Assembly (NCBI GenBank): GCA_002189035.1
Contig: NEEC01000222.1
Span: forward strand, 1 to 63,870
Source: Utricularia gibba
Taxonomy: Eukaryota; Plantae; Magnoliophyta
Length of the DNA: 63,870 nt
Direction of reading: 5' to 3'
Shown: piece after piece, positions 1 to 10,900 of the stretch
How the letters are laid out: each line of letters opens with the position of its first letter
Position numbering within the stretch: the first letter of the stretch is position 1
Notes under the pieces: generated by a model
The model's database searches: none
What the model was told of the DNA's origin: nothing
Seen by the model: only the letters and a program-made list of their open reading frames with translations
Made by a program: the position numbers and the translations under genes

Positions 1-177
1 GTTCGGTTTCGGGGTTGCCTACATGGTTTTTCAAGGAACATCTTCCCGTTTTGTGGTGGCTAGTCTCGCTGGGAACTTGTCCTGGACCTCGATTCTTTAT
101 GTCTATGAGGTCAAAAGGATGCAAATCGATGAAAAAATTGATGCATTTGTTTAAATTACGATATCACGTGCACCCTA

Positions 178-3100
178 CATGATTTTTTCAACAACTTACT
201 TTATACTTGAGGAGGTGGTCTTGGGGGCAAGAGGAACCAGACAACGGTCATATTAGGCTTGGGCCGAAAGTAAGTTGTAGCCCGGCAAAGAAAGTGTTGT
301 ATTTATTAACGTTCGGTTTTCAGGGTTGCCTACATGGTTTTCCAAGGAAAAGCTTTTCGTTTTGTGGCGGCCGCTCTCGCTGGGCACTTGGTCCGGGCCC
401 CTGATTCTTTATGGCTCATGAGGACAAAAGGATGCAAATCGATGAAAATAATGATGCATTTGTTTAAATTACGATGTCGCGTGCACCCCAAATGATTTTT
501 TTAACAACATACTTTATACATGAGGAGGCGGTCTTGGGGGGCACTTGGAACCGGAAAAAGATCAGCTTAGGCTTGGGCCGAAAGTAAGTTGTAGCCCGGC
601 AAAGAAAGTGATGTATTTATTATCGTTCGGTTTACGGGGCTTCCTACATGGTTTTTCAAGGAACATCTTCTCGTTTTATGGCGGCCAGTCTCGCTGGGAA
701 CTTGGTCCTTGACCCTGGTTCTGTATGGCTAATGGGGTCAACCGGATGCAAATCGATGAAAAAAAAATGATGCATTTGTTTAAATTGCGATATCACATGC
801 ACCCCACATGATTTTTTCAACAACTTACTTTATACTTGAGGAGGCGATCTTAGGGTGCACCTCGAACAGGACAAAGGTAAGGTTTGGCTTGCGCCAAGAG
901 TTAGTTGTAGCCCGACAAAGAAAGTGATGTATTTATTATCGTTCGGTTTTTGGGGTTGCCTACATGGTTTTTCAAGGAATCTTCTCGTTTTGTGGCAGCC
1001 AGTCTCGCTGGGAGCTTTGTCCTGGACCCCGATTCTGTATGGCTCATGGGGTCAAAAGGATGCAAATCGATGAATACAATGATGCATTTGTTTCAATTAC
1101 GATATCACGTGCACCCCACATGATTTTTTTCGACAACTTACTTTATACATGGGGAGGCGGTCTTGGGGGGTACCTGGAACCGGAAAATGGTCAGCTTAGG
1201 CTTGGGCCGATAGTAAGTTGTAGCCCGCAAAGAAAGTGATGTATTTATTATCGTTCGGTTTTCGGGGTTGCCCTACATGGTTTTTCAAGGAACATCTTCT
1301 CGTTTTGTGGCAGTCTCGCTGGGAGCTTTGTCCTGGACCCGATTCTGTATGATGGGTCAAGGATGCAAATCGATGATGATGCATTTGTTTAAATTACGAT
1401 ATCACGTGCACCCTACATGATTTTTTCACAACTTACTTTATACTTGAGGAGGTGGTCTTGGGGGGCAAGAGGAACCAGAACGGTCATATTAGGCTTGGGC
1501 CGAAAGTAAGTTGTAGCCCGGCAAAGAAAGTGATGTATTTATTAACGTTCGGTTTTTCAGGGTTGCCTACATGGTTTTCCAAGGAAAAGCTTTTCGTTTT
1601 GTGGCGGCTGCTCTCGCTGGGCACTTGGTCCGGGCCCCTGATTCTTTATGGCTCATGAGGACAAAAGGATGCAAATCGATGAAAATAATGATGCATTTGT
1701 TTAAATTACGATGTCGCGTGCACCCCAAATGATTTGTTTAACAACATACTTTATACATGAGGAGGCGGTCTTGGGGGGCACTTGGAACCGGAAAAAGATC
1801 AGCTTAGGCTTGGGCGAAAGTAAGTTGTAGCCCGGCAAAGAAAGTGATGTATTTATTATCGTTCGGTTTACGGGGGCTTCCTACATGGTTTTTCAAGGAA
1901 CATCTTCTCGTTTTATGGCGGCCAGTCTCGCTGGGAACTTGGTCCTTGACCCTGGTTCTGTATGGCTAATGGGGTCAACCGGATGCAAATCGATGAAAAA
2001 AAATGATGCATTTGTTTAAATTGCGATATCACATGCACCCCACATGATTTTTTCAACAACTTACTTTATACTTGAGGAGGCGATCTTAGGGTGCACTCGA
2101 ACAGGACAAAGGTAAGGTTTGGCTTGCGCCAAGAGTAGTTGTAGCCCGACAAAGAAAGTGATGTATTTATTATCGTTCGGTTTTTGGGGTTGCCTACATG
2201 GTTTTTCAAGGAACATCTTTCGTTTTGTGGCAGCCAGTCTCGCTGGGAGCTTGTCCTGGACCCCGATTCTGTATGGCTCATGGGGTCAAAAGGATGCAAA
2301 TCGATGAATACAATGATGCATTTGTTTCAATTACGATATCACGTGCACCCCACATGATTTTTTCGACAACTTACTTTATACATGGGGAGGCGGTCTTGGG
2401 GGGTACCTGGAACCGGAAAATGGTCAGCTTAGGCTTGGGCCGATAGTAAGTTGTAGCCCGGCAAGAAAGTGATGTATTTATTAACGTTCGGTTTTCGGGG
2501 TTGCCTACATGGTTTTTCAAGGAACATCTTCCCGTTTTGTGGTGGCTAGTCTCGGGAACTTTGTCCTGGACCTCGATTCTTTATGTCTTATGAGGTCAAC
2601 CGGATGCAAATCGATGAAAAAATTGATGCATTTGTTTAAATTACGATATCACGTGCACCCTACATGATTTTTTCAACAACTTACTTTATACTTGAGGAGG
2701 TGGTCTTGGGGGCAAGAGGAACCAGACAACGGTCATATTAGGCTTGGGCCGAAAGTAAGTTGTAGCCCGGCAAAGAAAGTGATGTATTTATTAACGTTCG
2801 GTTTTCAGGGTTGCCTACATGGTTTTCCAAGGAAAAGCTTTTCGTTTTGTGGCGGCCGCTCTCGCAGGGCACTTGGTCCGGGCCCCTGATTCTTTATGGC
2901 TCATGAGGACAAAAGGATGCAAATCGATGAAAATAATGATGCATTTGTTTAAATTACGATGTCGCGTGCACCCCAAATGATTTTTTTAACAACATACTTT
3001 ATACATGAGGAGGCGGTCTTGGGGGGCACTTGGAACCGGAAAAAGATCAGCTTAGGCTTGGGCGAAAGTAAGTTGTAGCCCGGCAAAGAAAGTGATGTAT

Positions 3101-6100
3101 TTATTATCGTTCGGTTTACGGGGGTTCCTACATGGTTTTTCAAGGAACATCTTCTCGTTTTATGGGGCCAGTCTCGCTGGGAACTTGGTCCTTGACCCTG
3201 GTTTCTGTATGGCTAATGGGGTCAACCGGATGCAAATCGATGAAAAAAAATGATGCATTTGTTTAAATTGCGATATCACATGCACCCACATGATTTTTTC
3301 AACAACTTACTTTATACTTGAGGAGGCGATCTTAGGGTGCACCTCGAACAGGACAAAGGTAAGGTTTGGCTTGCGCCAAGAGTTAGTTGTAGCCCGACAA
3401 AGAAGTGATGTATTTATTATCGTTCGTTTTTGGGGTTGCTACATGGTTTTTCAAGGAACATCTTCTCGTTTTGTGGCAGCCAGTCTCGCTGGGAGCTTTG
3501 TCCTGGACCCCGATTCTGTATGGCTCATGGGGTCAAAAGGATGCAAATCGATGAATACAATGATGCATTTGTTTCAATTACGATATCACGTGCACCCCAC
3601 ATGATTTTTTCGACAACTTACTTTATACATGGGGAGGCGGTCTTGGGGGTACCTGGAACCGGAAAATGGTCAGCTTAGGCTTGGGCCGATAGTAAGTTGT
3701 AGCCCGGCAAAGAAAGTGATGTATTTATTATCGTTCGGTTTACGGGGGCTTCCTACATGGTTTTTCAAGGAACATCTTCTCGTTTTTGGCAGCCAGTCTC
3801 GCTGGGAGCTTTGTCCTGGACCCCGATTCTGTATGGCTCATGGGGTCAAAAGGATGCAAATCGATGAATACAATGATGCATTTGTTTCAAATTACGATAT
3901 CACGTGCACCCACATGATTTTTTCGACAACTTACTTTATACATGGGGAGGCGGTCTTGGGGGGTACCTGGAACCGGAAAATGGTCAGCTTAGGCTTGGGC
4001 CGATAGTAAGTTGTAGCCCGGCAAAGAAAGTGATGTATTTATTAACGTTCGGTTTTCGGGGTTGCCTACATGGTTTTTCAAGGAACATCTTCGTTTTGTG
4101 GTGGCTAGTCTCGCTGGGACTTTGTCCTGGACCTCGATTCTTTATGTCTTATGAGGTCAACCGGATGCAAATCGATGAAAAAATTGATGCATTTGTTTAA
4201 ATTACGATATCACGTGCACCCTACATGATTTTTTCAACAACTTACTTTATACTTGAGGAGGTGGTCTTGGGGGGCAAGAGGAACCAGACAACGGTCATAT
4301 TAGGCTTGGGCGAAAGTAAGTTGTAGCCCGGCAAAGAAAGTGATGTATTTATTAACGTTCGGTTTTCAGGGTTGCCTACATGGTTTTCCAAGGAAAAGCT
4401 TTTCGTTTTGTGGCGGCCGCTCTCGCAGGGCACTTGGTCCGGGCCCCTGATTCTTTATGGCTCATGAGGACAAAAGGATGCAAATCGATGAAAATAATGA
4501 TGCATTTGTTTAAATTACGATGTCGTGCACCCCAAATGATTTTTTTAACAACATACTTTATACATGAGGAGGCGGTCTTGGGGGCACTTGGAACGGAAAA
4601 AGATCAGCTTAGGCTTGGGCGAAAGTAAGTTGTAGCCCGGCAAAGAAAGTGATGTATTTATTATCGTTCGGTTTACGGGGGCTTCCTACATGGTTTTTCA
4701 AGGAACATCTTCTCGTTTTATGGCGGCCAGTCTCGCTGGGAACTTGGTCCTTGACCCGATTCTGTATGGCTAATGGGGTCAACCGGATGCAAATCGATGA
4801 AAAAATGATGCATTTGTTTAAATTACGATATCACGTGCACCCCACATGATTTTTTCACAACTTACTTTATACTTGGGAGGCGGTCTTGGGTGCACTGAAC
4901 AGGAAAAGGTCAGGTTTGGCTTGGCCGATAGTAGTTGTAGCCCGACAAAGAAAGTGATGTATTTATTATCGTTCGGTTTCGGGTTGCCTACATGGTTTTT
5001 CAAGGAACATCTTCTCGTTTTGTGGTGGCCAGTCTCGCTGGGAACTTTGTCCTGGACCCGATTCTGTATGGCTCATGGGTCAACCGGATGCAAATCGATG
5101 AAAAAAATGATGCATTTGTTTTAAATTACGATATCACGTGCACCCTACATGATTTTTTCAACAACTTACTTTATACTTGAGGAGGCGGTCTTGGGGGGCA
5201 AGAGGAACCAGACAACGGTCAATTAGGCTTGGGCCGAAAGTAAGTTGTAGCCCGGCAAAGAAAGTGATGTATTTATTAACGTTCGGTTTTCAGGGTTGCC
5301 TACATGGTTTTCCAAGGAAAAGCTTTTCGTTTTGTGGCGGCCGTCTCGCTGGGCACTTGGTCCGGCCCCTGATTCTTTATGGCTCATGAGGACAAAAGGA
5401 TGCAAATCGATGAAAATAATGATGCATTTGTTTAAATTACGATGTCGCGTGCACCCCAAATGATTTTTTTAACAACATACTTTATACATGAGGAGGCGGT
5501 CTTGGGGGGCACTTGGAACCGGAAAAGGTCAGCTTAGGCTTGGGCCGAAAGTAAGTTGTAGCCCGGCAAAGAAAGTGATGTATTTATTATCGTTCGGTTT
5601 ACGGGGGCTTCCTACATGGTTTTTCAAGGAACATCTTCTCGTTTTGTGGCGGCCAGTCTCGCTGGGAACTTGGTCCTTGACCCTGGTTCTGTATGGCTAT
5701 GGGGTCAACCGGATGCAAATCGATGAAAAAAAATGATGCATTTGTTTAAATTACGATATCATGCACCCCACATGATTTTTTCAACAACTTACTTTATACT
5801 TGAGGAGGCGATCTTGGGTGCACCTGAACAGGACAAAGGTAAGGTTTGGCTTGGCCAAAGTAAGTTGTAGCCCGACAAAGAAAGTGATGTATTTATTATC
5901 GTTCGTTTTTGGGGTTGCTACATGGTTTTTCAAGGAACATCTTCTCGTTTTGTGGCAGCCAGTCTCGCTGGGAGCTTTGTCCTGGACCCCGATTCTGTAT
6001 GGCTCATGGGGTCAAAAGGATGCAAATCGATGAATACAATGATGCATTTGTTTCAATTACGATATCACGTGCACCCCACATGATTTTTTCGACAACTTAC

Positions 6101-6388
6101 TTTATACATGGGGAGGCGGTCTTGGGGGTACCTGGAACCGGAAAATGGTCAGCTTAGGCTTGGGCCGATAGTAAGTTGTAGCCCGGCAAAGAAAGTGATG
6201 TATTTATTATCGTTCGGTTTTCGGGGTTGCCTACATGGTTTTCCAAGGAAAATCTTTTCGTTTTGTGGTGGCTAGTCTCGCTGGGAACTTTGTCCTGGAC
6301 CCGATTCTTATGGCTTATGGGTCAACCGGATGCAAATCGATGAAAAAAATGATGCATTTGTTTAAATTACGATATCACGTGCACCCTA
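178..6388. repeat. Mixed HOR zone with units of 4, 4, 5, 3 and 4 monomers
   Basis: A-type marker (GAGGAACCAGACAACGGTCA) near 231, 1471, 2716, 4279, 5201 and 6445. No E monomers are present. Confidence 0.75.
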
Positions 6389-7625
6389 CATGATTTTTTC
6401 AACAACTTACTTTATACTTGAGGAGGTGGTCTTGGGGGCAAGAGGGAACCAGACAACGGTCATATTAGGCTTGGGCCGAAAGTAAGTTTAGCCCGGCAAA
6501 GAAAGTGATGTATTTATTAACGTTCGGTTTTCAGGGTTGCCTACATGGTTTTCAAGGAAAAGCTTTTCGTTTTGTGGCGGCCGTCTCGCTGGGACTTGGT
6601 CCGGCCCTGATTCTTTATGGCTCATGAGGACAAAAGGATGCAAATCGATGAAAATAATGATGCATTTGTTTAAATTACGATGTCACGTGCACCCCAATGA
6701 TTTTTTAACAACATACTTTATACATGAGGAGGCGGTCTTGGGGGGCACTTGGAACCGGAAAAAGATCAGCTTAGGCTTGGGCCGAAGTAAGTTGTAGCCC
6801 GGCAAAGAAAGTGATGTATTTATTATCGTTCGGTTTTTGGGGTTGCCTACATGGTTTTTCAAGGAACATCTTCTCGTTTTGTGGTGCTAGTCTCGCTGGG
6901 AACTTGTCCTTGACCCCGATTCTGTATGGCTCATGGGGTCAACCGGATGCAAATCGATGAAAAAATGATGCATTTGTTTAAATTACGATATCACGTGCAC
7001 CCTACATGATTTTTTCGACAACTTACTTTATACATGGGGAGGCGGTCTTGGGGGGTACCTGGAACCGGAAAATGGTCAGCTAGGCTTGGGCCGATAGTAA
7101 GTTGTAGCCCGACAAATAAAGTAATGTATTTATTATCGTTCGGTTTTCGGCTGCCTAAATGCTTTTTGAAAGAACATCTTCTCGTTTTATGGCGGCCAGT
7201 CTCGCTGGGAACTTGGTCCTTGACCCTGGTTCTGTATGGCTCATGGGTCAACCGGATGCAAATCGATGAAAAAAAATGATGCATTTGTTTAAATTGCGAT
7301 ATCACGTGCACCCCACATGATTTTTTCAACAACTTACTTTATACTTGAGGAGGCGATCTTAGGGTGCACCTCGAACAGGACAAAGGTAGGTTTGGCTTGC
7401 GCCAAGAGTTAGTTGTAGCCCGACAAAGAAAGTGATGTATTTATTATCGTTCGGTTTTTGGGGTTGCCTACATGGTTTTTCAAGGAAATCTTCTCGTTTT
7501 GTGGCAGCCAGTCTCGCTGGGAGCTTTGTCCTGGACCCGATTCTGTATGGCTCATGGGGTCAAAAGGATGCAAATCGATGAATACAATGATGCATTTGTT
7601 TCAATTACGATATCACGTGCACCCA

Positions 7626-7782
7626 CATGATTTTTTCGACAACTTACTTTATACATGGGGAGGCGGTCTTGGGGGGTACCTGGAACCGGAAAATGGTCAG
7701 CTTAGGCTTGGGCCGATAGTAAGTTGTAGCCCGGCAAAGAAAGTGATGTATTTATTATCGTTCGGTTTTCGGGGGCTTCCTA
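7626..7782 (+). repeat. Example alpha subunit (157 bp) of the dimeric monomer
   Basis: Starts CATGATTTTTTCGACAAC and ends ...TGATGTATTTATTATCGTTCGG...CCTA. It aligns in register with the following beta subunit. Confidence 0.85.
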
Positions 7783-7938
7783 CATGGTTTTTCAAGGAAC
7801 ATCTTCTCGTTTTGTGGCGCCAGTCTCGCTGGGAGCTTGTCCTGGACCCCGATTCTGTATGGCTCATGGGGTCAAAAGGATGCAAATCGATGAATACAAT
7901 GATGCATTTGTTTAAATTACGATATCACGTGCACCCCA
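7783..7938 (+). repeat. Example beta subunit (156 bp) of the dimeric monomer
   Basis: Starts CATGGTTTTTCAAGGAAC. TGATGCATTTGTT at 7900 lies 156 bp after TGATGTATTTATT at 7744 and 157 bp before the next one at 8057. Confidence 0.85.
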
Positions 7939-10900
7939 CATGATTTTTTCGACAACTTACTTTATACATGGGGAGGCGGTCTTGGGGGGTACCTGGAACC
8001 GGAAAATGGTCAGCTTAGGCTTGGGCCGATAGTAAGTTGTAGCCCGGCAAAGAAAGTGATGTATTTATTATCGTTCGGTTTTCGGGGTTGCCTACATGGT
8101 TTTTCAAGGAACATCTTCTCGTTTTGTGGCGCCAGTCTCGCTGGGAACTTTGTCCTGGACCCCGATTCTGTATGGCTCATGGGGTCAAAAGGATGCAAAT
8201 CGATGAATACAATGATGCATTTGTTTAAATTACGATATCACGTGCACCCCACATGATTTTTTCGAACAACTTACTTTATACATGGGGAGGGTCTTGGGGG
8301 CCTGGAACGGAAAATGGTCAGCTTAGGCTTGGGCCGATAGTAAGTTGTAGCCCGGCAAAGAAAGTGATGTATTTATTAACGTTCGGTTTTCGGGGTTGCC
8401 TACATGGTTTTTCAAGGAACTTTTCGTTTTGTGGTGGCTAGTCTCGCTGGGAACTTTGTCCTGGACCCGATTCTTATGGCTTATGGGTCAACCGGATGCA
8501 AATCGATGAAAAAAAATGATGCATTTGTTTAAATTACGATATCACGTGCACCCTACATGATTTTTTCAACAACTTACTTTATACTTGAGGAGGTGGTCTT
8601 GGGGGGCAAGAGGAACCAGACAACGGTCATATTAGGCTTGGGCCGAAAGTAAGTTTAGCCCGGCAAAGAAAGTGATGTATTTATTAACGTTCGGTTTTCG
8701 GGTTGCCTACATGGTTTTCCAAGGAAAAGCTTTCGTTTTGTGGCGGCCGTCTCGCTGGGCACTTGGTCCGGGCCCCTGATTCTTATGGCTCATGAGGACA
8801 AAAGGATGCAAATCGATGAAAATAATGATGCATTTGTTTAAATTACGATGTCGCGTGCACCCCAAATGATTTTTTTAACAACATACTTTATACATGAGGA
8901 GGCGGTCTTGGGGGCACTTGGAACCGGAAAAAGATCAGCTTAGGCTTGGGCCGAAAGTAAGTTGTAGCCCGGCAAAGAAAGTGATGTATTTATTATCGTT
9001 CGGTTTTCGGGGGCTTCCTACATGGTTTTTCAAGGAACATCTTCTCGTTTTATGGCGGCCAGTCTCGCTGGGAACTTGGTCCTTGACATGGCTCATGGGG
9101 TCAACCGGATGCAAATCGATGAAAAAAAATGCATTTGTTTAAATTGCGATATCACGTGCACCCCACATGATTTTTTAACAACTTACTTTATACTTGAGGA
9201 GGCGATCTTGGGGCACCTCGAACAGGAAAAGGTAAGGTTTGGCTTGCGCCAAGAGTAGTTGTAGCCCGACAAAGAAAGTGATGTATTTATTATCGTTCGG
9301 TTTTGGGGTTGCCTACATGGTTTTTCAAGGAACATCTTCTCGTTTTGTGGCAGCCAGTCTCGCTGGGAGCTTTGTCCTGGACCCCGATTCTGTATGGCTC
9401 ATGGGGTCAAAAGGATGCAAATCGATGAATACAATGATGCATTTGTTTCAATTACGATATCACGTGCACCCCACATGATTTTTTCGACAACTTACTTTAT
9501 ACATGGGGAGGCGGTCTTGGGGGGTACCTGGAACCGGAAAATGGTCAGCTTAGGCTTGGGCCGATAGTAAGTTGTAGCCCGGCAAAGAAAGTGATGTATT
9601 TATTATCGTTCGGTTTACGGGGGCTTCCTACATGGTTTTTCAAGGAACATCTTCTCGTTTTGTGGCAGCCAGTCTCGCTGGGAGCTTTGTCCTGGACCCC
9701 GATTCTGTATGGCTCATGGGGTCAAAAGGATGCAAATCGATGAATACAATGATGCATTTGTTTAATTACGATATCACGTGCACCCCACATGATTTTTTCG
9801 ACAACTTACTTTATACATGGGGAGGCGGTCTTGGGGGGTACCTGGAACCGGAAAATGGTCAGCTTAGGCTTGGGCCGATAGTAAGTTGTAGCCCGGCAAA
9901 GAAAGTGATGTATTTATTATCGTTCGGTTTTCGGGGTTGCCTACATGGTTTTTCAAGGAACATCTTCTCGTTTTGTGGCGGCTAGTCGCTGGGCTTTGTC
10001 CTGGACCCGATTCTTTATGGCTATGGGTCAAAAGGATGCAAATCGATGAAAACAATGATGCATTTGTTTAATTACGATATCACGTGCACCCCACATGATT
10101 TTTTCGACAACTTACTTTATACATGGGGAGGCGGTCTTGGGGGTACCTGGAACCGGAAAATGGTCAGCTTAGGCTTGGGCCGATAGTAAGTTGTAGCCCG
10201 GCAAAGAAAGTGATGTATTTATTACGTTCGGTTTTCGGGGCCTACATGGTTTTCAAGGAAGCTTTCGTTTTGTGGTGGCTAGTCTCGCTGGGAACTTTGT
10301 CCTGGACCTCGATTCTTATGTCTTATGAGGTCAACCGGATGCAAATCGATGAAAAAAAATGATGCATTTGTTTAAATTACGATATCACGTGCACCCTACA
10401 TGATTTTTTCAACAACTTACTTTATACTTGAGGAGGTGGTCTTGGGGGCAAGAGGAACCAGACAACGGTCATATTAGGCTTGGGCGAAAGTAAGTTGTAG
10501 CCCGGCAAAGAAAGTGATGTATTTATTAACGTTCGGTTTTCAGGGTTGCCTACATGGTTTTCCAAGGAAAAGCTTTTCGTTTTGTGGCGGCCGTCTCGCA
10601 GGGCACTTGGTCCGGCCCCTGATTCTTTATGGCTCATGAGGACAAAAGGATGCAAATCGATGAAAATAATGATGCATTTGTTTAAATTACGATGTCGCGT
10701 GCACCCCAAATGATTTTTTTAACAACATACTTTATACATGAGGAGGCGGTCTTGGGGGGCACTTGGAACCGGAAAAAGATCAGCTTAGGCTTGGGCCGAA
10801 AGTAAGTTGTAGCCCGGCAAAGAAAGTGATGTATTTATTATCGTTCGGTTTTGGGGTTGCCTACATGTTTTTTTCAAGGAACATCTTCTCGTTTTGTGGG

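Noticed and set aside
119-133. ATCGATGAA (as in the 5.8S rRNA motif) and ATGCAAAT (octamer motif)
   Set aside because: These are 8-9-bp matches with no supporting context and are expected by chance.
256-275. GGCTTGGGCCGAAAGTAAGT resembles part of the 5S rRNA internal control region, and the ~313-bp period resembles 5S rDNA arrays
   Set aside because: The similarity covers only ~20-30 bp. The rest of a ~120-nt 5S gene, including Box C and the terminal stem, is not recognisable. An Infernal RF00001 search would settle it.
7656-7684. G-rich GGGGAGGCGGTCTTGGGGGGTACCTGG as a G-quadruplex
   Set aside because: It does not contain four separate G3 tracts, so at best it is a weak two-tier candidate. 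G-run lengths are also unreliable in this sequence.
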